Notes: generated from the letters alone by a model not told the origin. DNA of 64,000 bases from an uncultured Gammaproteobacteria bacterium (GCA_905479295.1 CAJQLY010000002.1:118887-182886); one strand, 5' to 3'. Counted from the first letter of the stretch, positions 20,587 to 30,232 are shown. Numbers and translations: made by a program.

Positions 20587-22689
20587 CTAGTCTAAGTCAG
20601 TTAGTCCATGCATTTTTAAGACGAAGGCATACATTAGCGCGACTTCTTTCAGGCTGTCATAACGACCAGATGCACCAGCGTGGCCTGCATCCATATGTGT
20701 CTTCAACAACAAGGTATGGTCGCTGCTGCTGTATGCACGTAATTTAGCGACCCATTTTGCCGGCTCCCAATAGGTCACACGTGGATCGGTTAGACCGGCA
20801 GTAACTAGAATATGTGGATAGGCCTGCGCGCTAACATTTTCATAAGGCGAATAGGATTTGATGTAATCGTAGGCTGCTTGATCTTTAATCGGATTACCCC
20901 ATTCTGGCCATTCGGGTGGTGTCAGCGGTAGGCTATCATCTGACATTGTATTTAAGACATCGACAAATGGGACATCGGCAATCGCACTATGATACAGCGT
21001 TGGCTCGATATTAAGTACTGCACCGATCAGCATGCCGCCGGCTGATCCACCATGTATAGTGATCTTGTCAGCATGCGCATAAGATTCCTTTACTAAGTGT
21101 TTGCTTGCGCTAATAAAATCAGCAAAGGTATTCTTTTTCTGCATTAGCTTACCTTGTCGATACCAGTCGTAACCCAATTCCATGCCGCCACGGATATGCG
21201 CAATCGCATAGATAAAGCCACGCTTGACCAAGGATAAGCGCGTTGTGGAAAAGCTTGCTGGCATGCTACTGCCATAGGAGCCATAGGCATATAAGAGTAA
21301 GGGGGCGCTGCCATCTAGAGGAGTATCGTGGTGATAGAGCAGAGAGATTGGGACCTGGCAACCATTGTTGTCGGCAAAAATACGGCGTGTGCAAAAATCA
21401 TCTTTATCATGACCACTTGGAACTTCTTGTTCTTTACGCAATTCACGTTTTCGGCTGAGCATGTCAAAGTCGAAAATCTGGGTTGGTGTGGTCATTGAGG
21501 TGTAAGAAAAACGTAGCAAGTTAGAGCTAAACTCACTGCCACCATCAACACCTAGCTCATAGGCCTCTTCATCGAAATCGATGGCATAGGCATCAGCTGT
21601 TAATTCACCATCGACCACTGCCTGAATAGTAATCTTAGGCAAGCCTTCACGGCGTTCAGTACGAACTAAATAATGCTCATACAAAAACATATTCTTAAGC
21701 AGGCTCCCTTTAGCTGGTAGATAATAGTCTTGCCAATGTTCGGCCTGTGTCTGATCAAATGAACAGCGCATGATTTTATAATTCTCACAGCCATTTGCAT
21801 TGGTCATTATCAGCCAGTGGCCGGCTTGATCACTGGGATAGTATTCGATGCCTTCTACTCTAGGCTGAAAACACTGAGGTGCTACTGTCGGCTGGTCAGC
21901 AGGGATGTAATGTGATTCTGAGGTGTTGTGATCATGTGCTGAGATAAGGATAAAATTATCTGATTCGGTGCGGTCTAAACTAACAAAGAATCCCTTATCC
22001 GCTTCGGTATAAACCAAAGTGTCATAGCTGGTAGCGGAATACAGCGTATGTCGGAACACTTTATCGGCGCGATGATGGTCATCTAAAGTGGTGTAGAACA
22101 GGGTTTGATTGTCCATCGCCCAAACAATATCACCCTGCACATTATTAATTGTCTCAGTCAGGAGTGTGTTGGAGCTCAAATCAAGGATATACAGTTGGTA
22201 GAATTCAGAGCCTTTAGTATCTATTGAGTAAGCAAGGTAGCGATGATCTGGACTGTGTTCACAGCCACCCATATCAAAATAATCATAGTCAGCGGCCAGT
22301 GCGTTGGCATCTAATATGCATTCTTCTGTTTGGTCTGGGTCGTTAGCGCGATAGCGGCAAAGGCGAGGGTGCTCAGCAGCATCTTCATAGCGAAGGTAAT
22401 AGAAGTAATCTCCATCTTTTGTTGGCACAGTGGATTCATCTGATTTGATGCGGGCCTTAAGTTCGGTAAATAAATCTTCCTGCAAAGCCTGTGTATCTTG
22501 CATGTAATCTTCGGTATAAGAATTTTCAGCCTCAAGATATGCTCTAATATCAGATCGTAACTGATCGGGCTGTTTCATTACGGCTTGCCAGTTAGGATCG
22601 CGTAACCAGGCATAATCGTCGACGCGAGTTTCCTTGTGTTGTTCTATCGAAGCGGCGATCTTGTGTGCAATGGGTGCAGGTAGGCTCAT
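20587..22689 (-). CDS. ptrB: oligopeptidase B (S9A prolyl oligopeptidase family)
   Basis: 700 aa with an N-terminal beta-propeller region. Catalytic GGSAGG serine motif and a C-terminal GH. Confidence 0.9.
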   Translation of the reverse strand: MSLPAPIAHKIAASIEQHKETRVDDYAWLRDPNWQAVMKQPDQLRSDIRAYLEAENSYTEDYMQDTQALQEDLFTELKARIKSDESTVPTKDGDYFYYLRYEDAAEHPRLCRYRANDPDQTEECILDANALAADYDYFDMGGCEHSPDHRYLAYSIDTKGSEFYQLYILDLSSNTLLTETINNVQGDIVWAMDNQTLFYTTLDDHHRADKVFRHTLYSATSYDTLVYTEADKGFFVSLDRTESDNFILISAHDHNTSESHYIPADQPTVAPQCFQPRVEGIEYYPSDQAGHWLIMTNANGCENYKIMRCSFDQTQAEHWQDYYLPAKGSLLKNMFLYEHYLVRTERREGLPKITIQAVVDGELTADAYAIDFDEEAYELGVDGGSEFSSNLLRFSYTSMTTPTQIFDFDMLSRKRELRKEQEVPSGHDKDDFCTRRIFADNNGCQVPISLLYHHDTPLDGSAPLLLYAYGSYGSSMPASFSTTRLSLVKRGFIYAIAHIRGGMELGYDWYRQGKLMQKKNTFADFISASKHLVKESYAHADKITIHGGSAGGMLIGAVLNIEPTLYHSAIADVPFVDVLNTMSDDSLPLTPPEWPEWGNPIKDQAAYDYIKSYSPYENVSAQAYPHILVTAGLTDPRVTYWEPAKWVAKLRAYSSSDHTLLLKTHMDAGHAGASGRYDSLKEVALMYAFVLKMHGLTDLD

Positions 22690-22730
22690 ATTTAAATTAC
22701 TGTGTTAAATTATTTTATGGTGTATCAAAG

Positions 22731-23399
22731 ATGTTGTTAGGGCAGTCGCCAAAGATAGAGAGCTCGCAGCTGGCACCACATAAAAACTTAGCGAAAGTGG
22801 TGGCGCGTCACGCTCAACATGACTACCGTAATACTATACCGCAATATGCGCATGAGGCTTTTGCTGAGTTAGACAAAACCGTGCGGGCAGATGGTCGACC
22901 GATCATCCTAGATAGTGGCTGTGGTGTTGGTGAAAGCAGTTGGCAGCTGGCCTTGCAGTATCCTGATCATTTGATTATTGCGATAGATAAATCAGCGCAG
23001 CGCTTGGATAAGTCTAAGAATCATGCACTGGTCTCTGCTGCGGTAATATTTTTGCGCGCAGATCTGGTTCATTTCTGGCAATTGCTGGAGCGGAGTCAGT
23101 GGCCAATCGAGAAACACTATTTGCTTTACCCCAATCCCTGGCCTAAACCTAGCCATCTACAACGTCGTTGGCATGGTCATCCTATTTTCCCTAGTCTATT
23201 AAAGACTAGCCCCGAGTTTATACTGCGCACAAACTGGCAGATCTATGCGCAAGAGTTTGCCTTGGCAGTGGAGTACTTAAGGGCTGAACGCTTTCTTGTA
23301 CAGCCTTTAAAAATCACTACGCCGATAACACCATTTGAGCGAAAATACCAAGCCAGTGGTCACGAATTGTTCGAGCTTATGATCCGTTTCGCTCAGTAG
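22731..23399 (+). CDS. TrmB-like SAM-dependent methyltransferase (Methyltransf_4-like)
   Basis: LDSGCGVGES SAM motif and the YPNPWPK..H..RR motif typical of tRNA m7G46 methyltransferase-like proteins. The start is moved to the ATG at 22731 to avoid overlap with ptrB. Confidence 0.65.
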   Translation: MLLGQSPKIESSQLAPHKNLAKVVARHAQHDYRNTIPQYAHEAFAELDKTVRADGRPIILDSGCGVGESSWQLALQYPDHLIIAIDKSAQRLDKSKNHALVSAAVIFLRADLVHFWQLLERSQWPIEKHYLLYPNPWPKPSHLQRRWHGHPIFPSLLKTSPEFILRTNWQIYAQEFALAVEYLRAERFLVQPLKITTPITPFERKYQASGHELFELMIRFAQ

Positions 23400-23426
23400 C
23401 GGCTAACCCTAGTTCAGCTGACTGGT

Positions 23427-23825
23427 TTATTTTATCAATGGCTGCGCGTTAAGTGTTATTGACCATTCAGCGCGGACTACATTGTTACTGGCAATGCTTA
23501 AGCCTTTAGGTCCACTATGACTGGCGGTTCGATTTTGAGGACCCGTGATAAAGGTATAATATTGTATGGCTGCTTGAGGAAAGTCATCGCAGACAAAAGG
23601 TAAGCGCCGGCGTACTTCAAAATACTCTTGCCCATCTTGTTCGATCTGTTCGATATCGGCCATTAGATGAGAGTGAAATTGGTCTTCGAATTCAACGTCA
23701 AATAACACTTTAATGATGGTGGCAGCGGGTGATTTAATACCAAGATCTGATGCCTGATGCGTATTTTTCGGTTTTTGAGTGACATCGGGGTACATGCCAT
23801 GAAAAATAAACTTTGCAGTGCTCAT
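23427..23825 (-). CDS. hypothetical protein
   Basis: 132-aa ORF filling the interval, with no recognisable motif. Confidence 0.45.
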   Translation of the reverse strand: MSTAKFIFHGMYPDVTQKPKNTHQASDLGIKSPAATIIKVLFDVEFEDQFHSHLMADIEQIEQDGQEYFEVRRRLPFVCDDFPQAAIQYYTFITGPQNRTASHSGPKGLSIASNNVVRAEWSITLNAQPLIK

Positions 23826-23886
23826 GGTTTTCTCTTTGAATTAGACTAATGATTAATAAAGTATACAACTCGCTTGGGAGAAATCT

Positions 23887-24117
23887 ATGCTTGAATACCG
23901 TTTAGACACAGAAGTAGCTAAGTTTGTTATCCGTAGTGAACCCTTGGGCCTATGGGACTTATGGGTAGATGAGATGCCGACATTAACCTTTGCAACAGCG
24001 GAAGATGCAGCTAGAGCTGTTTTTGTACAAAATACTGGTTATGTGGTGTGGGATCAGTTAATAGAGCATTCAGCACCAGCAGAGTTAGATGGCTGGGTAG
24101 AGGATAAAGACGCCTAG
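23887..24117 (+). CDS. hypothetical protein
   Basis: 76-aa ORF ending 2 nt before greB, with no recognisable motif. Confidence 0.4.
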   Translation: MLEYRLDTEVAKFVIRSEPLGLWDLWVDEMPTLTFATAEDAARAVFVQNTGYVVWDQLIEHSAPAELDGWVEDKDA

Positions 24118-24119
24118 TC

Positions 24120-24617
24120 ATGGGTCGTTATCGCCCACCGGTTACACCTGGCTCAAAGTACATCACACCGGTTGGAAAAGAAAAATTACAGCAAGAGCAT
24201 GATTATCTCTGGCAAGAGAAGCGCCCACAGATAACTCGGTCAGTGCAAGAGGCGGCAGCACAGGGTGACCGTTCAGAGAATGCTGAATATATCTATGGTA
24301 AAAAGCAATTACGTGAAATTGACTATAGAGTGCGTCATTTACGCAAGCGCCTAGCTGATATAACGGTGGTTGATGCGATTCCAGAAGAGCAAGATCGGGT
24401 GTTTTTTGGCGCCTGGGTATCTCTAGAAGATGAAGCTGGTGAAATCAACGAATACCGGATTGTTGGACCAGATGAATTTGATGATGCAGATGAATATATT
24501 AGTATGGACGCACCCTTGGCTAAGGCGCTACTTAAGCGGCGATTAGACGATGAGGTCGTGGTGCACTTGCCGCAGGGTGAAAAGCGCTATTTTATTACAG
24601 CGATTCGCTATTGCTAG
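24120..24617 (+). CDS. greB: transcription elongation factor GreB
   Basis: 165 aa with GreB-type YLW.EKRP and GDRSENAEY.YGKKQLREID.RVR motifs. Confidence 0.9.
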   Translation: MGRYRPPVTPGSKYITPVGKEKLQQEHDYLWQEKRPQITRSVQEAAAQGDRSENAEYIYGKKQLREIDYRVRHLRKRLADITVVDAIPEEQDRVFFGAWVSLEDEAGEINEYRIVGPDEFDDADEYISMDAPLAKALLKRRLDDEVVVHLPQGEKRYFITAIRYC

Positions 24618-24731
24618 ATCGTCGATTCAAGCTAGCGTTGCTGCGGTGACGATAAGGATCTATTTTGCTACATTAGGCTTCAAATTTTGACCACTTTTTT
24701 TAGACAACGACATCATGCATGTGAGTAAACA

Positions 24732-25934
24732 ATGGATCAGGTAGTACTACATCTCAGTCCCGAGAATATCGAAGAAGATCTGGAATATTATTTTTCAGGT
24801 GAGCGTGACAAAAACAATCAAGTTCGCCCTGATCGCAATATATACAGTATGACACCTAGCTCTAGTGAAATTGATTTCATGCTAGGTGATGACAAGGTGG
24901 CAAACTTTTTCTTCCCGACAGCGATCAACTCATTGGATCGTATTTATATTGGCATTAGTGTTTCTCTTTATGCTAATTATTGGGGTGCTTCATTCTTGCT
25001 GCAATTGCTCAAGCTAGTAAAACCGGGTGGCTCTATTATCCTGCCAGTTTATCCTGAGGGTCAGGCGGCTGAAAAAGGGTTTTGGTCACGTAGTTTTCTA
25101 GAAAATATTTTTTTAAGTCGTCAGCTTTGGACTGGCTTTAGTAATATCACGGCTGAAAATGATGGTGTGATGTCGCTGCGTGTGGGACGTAAATGGCCTG
25201 CTGAGATGCCTAGTAGTATTGAATGGTTTTTTGCTGAACGCAGTAACTTGATGTTGTCTGATTTGAGTCGAGCTGATGTAAATAGCGAACAACTAGCTAT
25301 CGAATTTCAGGAGATGAGCCAACTGATTTGGGGTGGGTACTCTCTGAGTGCATCCTTAGAAGGTATCATTGCTGATTTTCGTCCAAAGGATAAAGCTACT
25401 CGTGTACTGCATATTGGTCGTGATTATGGGTTGTCAGGGCATGACAGCAAGCTATCGCCATTTGTCACTATTAGTTCTGCCAAGAGTATTCAGTTGGGTC
25501 AGCATAGAGCGAGCTGGTTACAGAGTGTGAATAATTACTTTGCACCTCATACAGGTATTGATTCAGCAACAGTTGCAGTGGAGCAGGTGCAGGCGATTGA
25601 TAACTTTGATGCTGATGTGGTTATGTTCAGCGATGTGCTTGCCGATACTTCGGTTGCAGATTATCAGGCGGTCGTTCAGCGTGCCTGGGATGCGTTGCCT
25701 AATAAGGGCGTGCTGATTTTGCGTGAAGACGCAGTGACACATGCTGGTGGTGTGAGGCAGATGCAGGCAAGTTTAGAGACCTATGGCGAGGTAAATCTTT
25801 ATTCAGCCCTTGCTGCATGTCAGATCAAAGAAAACTATGAGATCAGTCATTACTCTTTAGCAGTAGAGGAAAAATTGCAGCAAGAGAAGGTTAATAAGGC
25901 GCAGGTTCTGCGTGTGTTGCAGAAAGTGACTTAA
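24732..25934 (+). CDS. hypothetical protein with two methyltransferase-like halves
   Basis: 400 aa. Has LVKPGGSIILPV in the N-terminal half. The C-terminal half has VLHIGRDYG ... DVVMFSDVL ... LPNKGVLIL. No clean GxGxG motif. Confidence 0.45.
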   Translation: MDQVVLHLSPENIEEDLEYYFSGERDKNNQVRPDRNIYSMTPSSSEIDFMLGDDKVANFFFPTAINSLDRIYIGISVSLYANYWGASFLLQLLKLVKPGGSIILPVYPEGQAAEKGFWSRSFLENIFLSRQLWTGFSNITAENDGVMSLRVGRKWPAEMPSSIEWFFAERSNLMLSDLSRADVNSEQLAIEFQEMSQLIWGGYSLSASLEGIIADFRPKDKATRVLHIGRDYGLSGHDSKLSPFVTISSAKSIQLGQHRASWLQSVNNYFAPHTGIDSATVAVEQVQAIDNFDADVVMFSDVLADTSVADYQAVVQRAWDALPNKGVLILREDAVTHAGGVRQMQASLETYGEVNLYSALAACQIKENYEISHYSLAVEEKLQQEKVNKAQVLRVLQKVT

Positions 25935-26170
25935 CGCAGGTAGGTTATCAGCGTAAATAGTATCCAGCCGACGCAGGCAATAAAGATGGTCAAGTTGAAT
26001 GCAAGGTGTTTGACGAGCTGAATGTTGGCGTTGCCCTTTATTAACTGACTTGCTAAATGCTGTGCCATATTGCCACTGACAATGGCGGGTACTATTGCGA
26101 TTAATGAGAACAACACCAGACCATAACTGTAAACCGGTAAGGCTGAAAGCTCGATAATAAAATCAAACAT
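25931..26170 (-). CDS. small membrane protein
   Basis: 79 aa with 2-3 hydrophobic helices. Its stop shares a palindromic TTAA with the stop of the convergent upstream gene. Confidence 0.45.
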   Translation of the reverse strand: MFDFIIELSALPVYSYGLVLFSLIAIVPAIVSGNMAQHLASQLIKGNANIQLVKHLAFNLTIFIACVGWILFTLITYLR

Positions 26171-26230
26171 AGTTAATAACCTAGTTCTAGGTGGTTAGTC
26201 GTAAGTCATTTTTAAAGTGGTCTGTATTGT

Positions 26231-27211
26231 TTAGGTAAGTAGGTCTAAGCAATACTGATCAAGCCAGGGGCTAGCAAGTTGTGTGTCCAAAAAGCCACAA
26301 TGCCCACCATGCTCGCTTAGACAGACCTCTAGATTCTGACTCGTGGCCAGTCGCTTATGATCTTGCCAAGGGATAATGGGATCATCTTTGGCTAAAACAA
26401 TATGGCAGTGGGTCTGAAGGTGATCTAGGCGATTGCCGACGACAGAATAACCATCCATATACTGTGTGAGATCAGCAAAGTCGGTACAGCGTTGTACTAG
26501 ATAGTCAGTGCCACTACGTAGATCTTGAATTTGAGCTAGCTTATTTTTTGTATAGAGCTGTGGGAAAGCGCGTTCTTTTCTACGTAAGATCTGACGCCAG
26601 CGATACATAAAGTAATGGCGGTAAAGGGCAGGTCCATTCTCTAATGCGATTAATGAATTCTCTGCTGAGAGCACTGGGCAAAAAGAGATCACACGATGTA
26701 AGCGCAGGCGACTCGGATCGCTATCAGCATTGATTCGTAATACAAAATTGGCCCCCAGGGAAAAACCAATCAGGGATAATGGTTGTTCCGGTAGCTCTTG
26801 TTGCACATGCTCACAGGCCTCGATCATCTCGTGCAAACGACAGGAGTGAAATACCTCAGGGTTCAGCTGTTCACTGTAGCCATGATCACGGAAATTAATA
26901 CGTACGACATTGAAGCCCTGACCAATCAGCGCATGACTTAAAGACACAATGTATGGCGACTCACTGCAACCTAACCAGCCATGTAGTAATACAACTGTGG
27001 CGGCTTGCTTGGGTTGCTCTTGCAGGCTATAAAAGGCAGTTAAACGTACGCCGCTAGCAGTAGTGATGATGCGTGAAACACTGCTAGTACGTACCGTATG
27101 AACAAGTTTAGTATTAAACCAGCGACGTACGGCGGATGACGTTAGGATGCTATTTAGGTGTCCGCCGCGGAGTAAACGCGGCGCTTGATAGGCTGATACT
27201 GTGATTGTAAT
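26231..27211 (-). CDS. YheT-like alpha/beta hydrolase (extended to a non-canonical ATT start)
   Basis: GFSLG nucleophile elbow, DDPIIP and GGHCGF. The ORF track starts at GTG 26947. However, 88 in-frame codons upstream are open and encode the family N-terminus (...LLRGGHLNS...VVLLHGWLGCSESPY). No ATG, GTG or TTG occurs in that stretch. Confidence 0.7.
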   Translation of the reverse strand: MTITVSAYQAPRLLRGGHLNSILTSSAVRRWFNTKLVHTVRTSSVSRIITTASGVRLTAFYSLQEQPKQAATVVLLHGWLGCSESPYIVSLSHALIGQGFNVVRINFRDHGYSEQLNPEVFHSCRLHEMIEACEHVQQELPEQPLSLIGFSLGANFVLRINADSDPSRLRLHRVISFCPVLSAENSLIALENGPALYRHYFMYRWRQILRRKERAFPQLYTKNKLAQIQDLRSGTDYLVQRCTDFADLTQYMDGYSVVGNRLDHLQTHCHIVLAKDDPIIPWQDHKRLATSQNLEVCLSEHGGHCGFLDTQLASPWLDQYCLDLLT

Positions 27212-28485
27212 TAGCTCGCTTTAGTTAACGCTTGTTCGAGGTCAGCAAGGATATCGTCGATATGCTCTATACCGATGGAGAGGCGAATCAGGTCTTCACT
27301 GACACCGGCTGTCTCCATTTCTTCAGGAGATAGTTGTCGATGTGTTGTGCTGGCAGGATGGCAAGCTAATGATTTAGCATCACCAATATTGACCAGACGT
27401 ACAATCAGATCTAGTGCATCGATAAATTTACCACCAGCGACGGCACCTCCCTTGATGCCAAAGCTTAATATGGCTGAGGCTCGCCCGCCCATGTAGCGAT
27501 CAACTAATGGCTTATCTGGGTGGCTGTCTAGCCCGGCATAACGCACCCAGCTGACTTTAGGGTGGGTTTCTAGATACTTGGCCACCAGCATTGCATTCTC
27601 GCAATGACGATCCATGCGTACCGCTAGAGTCTCTATACCCTGCATGATTTGGAAGCTATTAAAAGGTGAGATAGCCGCACCCATATTGCGTAGCGGTACC
27701 ACACGTGCACGCCCAATAAATGCTGCATCCCCCATTTCTCTGGTGTAAACCACACCATGATAGGACGGATCAGGCTCATTCAGCATAGGGAAACGCTCGG
27801 CATGCTCAGCCCAAGGAAATTTACCTGAGTCAACAATAGCGCCACCAATAGAGGTGCCGTGACCCCCCATGTATTTTGTTAGTGCGTGGATCACGATGTC
27901 TGCGCCATGCTCAAAAGGCTGACAGAGATAAGGTGAGGGTACGGTGTTATCGATGATTAAGGGGACACCTTGCGCATGTGCCATATCAGCAACTGGCGTT
28001 ATATCAAAGATATTGCCAGCTGGATTGCCTAATGACTCTGCAAAAATTGCTTTGGTCTTACCGTCGATATTGGCACGCATGGCGTCGATGTCATGATGAT
28101 CAACAAACCGTACCTCTATACCCAGGCGTGGCAGGGTATGTGCAAATAAATTGTAGGTACCACCATAGAGCGATGCGGTTGAAATAATATTATCGCCTTG
28201 CTGTGCAATAGCAAAGATCGCATAGGTAATTGCGGACATCCCCGAGGCAAGTACCAATGCACCTATACCGCCCTCCATGGCTGCTACTCGCTTCTCGAGT
28301 GCGCTACTGGTTGGGTTTCCGATACGCGTATAGATATTACCTTCGACCTTTAAGTCAAATAGGTCAGCACCATGCTGAGTGTCATCAAACGCAAAAGAAG
28401 TGGTTTGATAAATCGGCACAGCGACTGCTTTAGTCGTCGGTTCAGGTGAATAGCCACCATGGATGGCAATTGTTTCTATTTTCAT
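27211..28485 (-). CDS. metY: O-acetylhomoserine aminocarboxypropyltransferase/sulfhydrylase
   Basis: 424 aa Cys/Met-metabolism PLP enzyme (IHGG, YTRIGNPT, HALTKYMGGHG with the PLP lysine). Confidence 0.9.
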   Translation of the reverse strand: MKIETIAIHGGYSPEPTTKAVAVPIYQTTSFAFDDTQHGADLFDLKVEGNIYTRIGNPTSSALEKRVAAMEGGIGALVLASGMSAITYAIFAIAQQGDNIISTASLYGGTYNLFAHTLPRLGIEVRFVDHHDIDAMRANIDGKTKAIFAESLGNPAGNIFDITPVADMAHAQGVPLIIDNTVPSPYLCQPFEHGADIVIHALTKYMGGHGTSIGGAIVDSGKFPWAEHAERFPMLNEPDPSYHGVVYTREMGDAAFIGRARVVPLRNMGAAISPFNSFQIMQGIETLAVRMDRHCENAMLVAKYLETHPKVSWVRYAGLDSHPDKPLVDRYMGGRASAILSFGIKGGAVAGGKFIDALDLIVRLVNIGDAKSLACHPASTTHRQLSPEEMETAGVSEDLIRLSIGIEHIDDILADLEQALTKAS

Positions 28486-28589
28486 AGCACTAATACTGTG
28501 GGTGATCTAAGGGCTAGAGCTTAACGTGTTTGGCGCGATGAGGCTAACGGATGAGTGCGGTTTAAGCGGTTCTGTAGAGGCTGAGGGAG

Positions 28590-29072
28590 TTAATTACGCA
28601 GTTGCCAACTCGGTTGATTATTGGCTAATAGGATCTGTTTTTCGATTAACCACTCGCGTGTGTCTTCGGCATCCTCGGTATACCAACGGATTGCTGAGCC
28701 GAGACGGAAGCTATAGCCCCAGGCATCCATATCTTGAAATAGGCGAGATTGATCATAGCCATCAATAAATTCGCTAAGAATGATCTGAAAAAAGCAACAG
28801 GCATTTTCTTCAGCAGCCGAGCCAGCGGCATCGACTAAATCTTTAGCACGTTCAGTAGCGGGCATACATATGTAATGACAAAGCTCATGTAAGACCGAAT
28901 GTAATGGTGTATCCATACGTACATAGAGCGTATTACCTAAGCGTCCGGCCTCGGTTTCACCCCAAAAACTATAAGGAATGTCCTGATTTTCAGCGAGCTC
29001 TATAATGCGCATCGAATAAGCCGCCAAAACTGGCTTTAGTGCATCATTTTTGAGTTGAGAGTAGTGAAACAT
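28590..29072 (-). CDS. hypothetical protein with HExxH motif
   Basis: 160 aa. Contains VLHELCHYI, a putative metallopeptidase-like motif. Confidence 0.5.
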   Translation of the reverse strand: MFHYSQLKNDALKPVLAAYSMRIIELAENQDIPYSFWGETEAGRLGNTLYVRMDTPLHSVLHELCHYICMPATERAKDLVDAAGSAAEENACCFFQIILSEFIDGYDQSRLFQDMDAWGYSFRLGSAIRWYTEDAEDTREWLIEKQILLANNQPSWQLRN

Positions 29073-29229
29073 AGAGCCTTGCAGTAAATAAGTTTATTTA
29101 TCTATTAGAAAATGTGATTTTATGCTCAAAATACCCCTTAATGCGGGCATATCAAAAAATATATTTCGCGGTATACTAAGCGCCGCAAAATTGCACTCAA
29201 CCCATGATTTTGGATAGGAACGATAACCA

Positions 29230-29550
29230 ATGATCGCAAATCTTCGAAACCTACTAATGATTTCTATGCTGCTAGTCAGCGCTAATGCTCATGCTGCCGG
29301 TGATGCTCAACGTGGTGCCATTAGTGGTGAAACATGTCTCGGCTGTCACGGTATTGTTAGTTACACTAATGTATACCCAACTTACCGCGTCCCGCGTCTT
29401 GGTGGTCAGCATGCTGATTATATCGCAGCAGCATTGAAAGGCTATCGCTCAGGCGAACGTAACCACCCTACTATGCAGGCACAAGCAGCCGGCTTAGATG
29501 ATCAACAAATTGAAGACATTGCAGCATATTTTGCTGCGATGACTAAGTAA
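29230..29550 (+). CDS. monohaem class I cytochrome c (c4-domain-like)
   Basis: Signal peptide ending in AHA, and CLGCH haem motif. The distal Met region (PTMQ) resembles a c4 half-domain. Confidence 0.85.
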   Translation: MIANLRNLLMISMLLVSANAHAAGDAQRGAISGETCLGCHGIVSYTNVYPTYRVPRLGGQHADYIAAALKGYRSGERNHPTMQAQAAGLDDQQIEDIAAYFAAMTK

Positions 29551-29589
29551 CTGGCTGATTTAAATCAGCTTTTTTACCAAGGATATAGA

Positions 29590-29928
29590 ATGAAACTTAG
29601 TAAAATGATGCTTTTAGCCGTTGCCCTGATGGTTTTAGTTAACGGTCAAGCAATGGCGGCAGGTGATGCTGCTGCAGGTGAAGCCAAGTCTCAGGCTTGC
29701 GCGGGTTGTCATGGTGCTGCTGGTGTTAGTGCAATGACCACTTTCCCAATCTTAGCCGGTCAGTTTGAAGATTATCTCTTCAGTGCCCTGAGCCAATATA
29801 AGTTAGGCACGCGTAAGAATGCGATTATGTCAGGTATTGCAGCAGGCTTAAGTAAGCAAGATATGCATGATCTAGCTGCCTACTATAACGGCTTGGAAGG
29901 CGTTTACAGCCTTAACCTACCTAAGTAG
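29590..29928 (+). CDS. monohaem class I cytochrome c (c4-domain-like)
   Basis: Signal peptide ending in AMA, CAGCH haem motif and the ILAGQ...Y...QL motif of cytochrome c4 domains. Confidence 0.85.
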   Translation: MKLSKMMLLAVALMVLVNGQAMAAGDAAAGEAKSQACAGCHGAAGVSAMTTFPILAGQFEDYLFSALSQYKLGTRKNAIMSGIAAGLSKQDMHDLAAYYNGLEGVYSLNLPK

Positions 29929-29944
29929 TAGTTTTAAAGGGATA

Positions 29945-29965
29945 GGCTTCAGTTAGTCTGAAGCC
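29945..29965. terminator. candidate bidirectional terminator hairpin between convergent genes
   Basis: Perfect 8-bp stem ggcttcag/ctgaagcc with loop ttagt. T-rich flank only on the minus-strand side. Confidence 0.45.
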
Positions 29966-29995
29966 AGTAAACTCTGATGAGTGGTGGGTGACAGC

Positions 29996-30232
29996 TTAAA
30001 GCTGTGCCCATTCCTCAGGTGTATACGCCTTGATAGTTAATGCATGTAATTCGCCACTGGCAATTTCTGCATTCACTGTCGCATAGACCAGCTGATGTTC
30101 TTTCAGCATACTCAATCCATCAAAAGCATTACTCACAACGACTGCTTCATACTTACCACCATCACCGGTGACGGTAGCCGTAGAGTCAGCAATACCTGTT
30201 TCGATCAATTTTTTAATATCTTCGCAATTCAT
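29996..30232 (-). CDS. BolA/IbaG family protein
   Basis: 78 aa with a BolA-type pattern (V.GDGGKYEAVVVS..F.G.S.L..H..VY ... LHAL.I.AYTPEEW). Confidence 0.8.
   Translation of the reverse strand: MNCEDIKKLIETGIADSTATVTGDGGKYEAVVVSNAFDGLSMLKEHQLVYATVNAEIASGELHALTIKAYTPEEWAQL

Noticed and set aside
22665-22730. Upstream extension of the TrmB-like ORF overlapping the ptrB start.
   Set aside because: The extension (MQWVQVGSYLNYCVKLFYGVSK) overlaps the divergent gene and has no homology-like features. The ATG at 22731 is the more plausible start.
28486-28589. 104-nt metY leader examined for a SAM, SAH or other methionine riboswitch.
   Set aside because: I could not recognise any aptamer consensus by eye. 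This would need cmsearch against Rfam, so I make no call.
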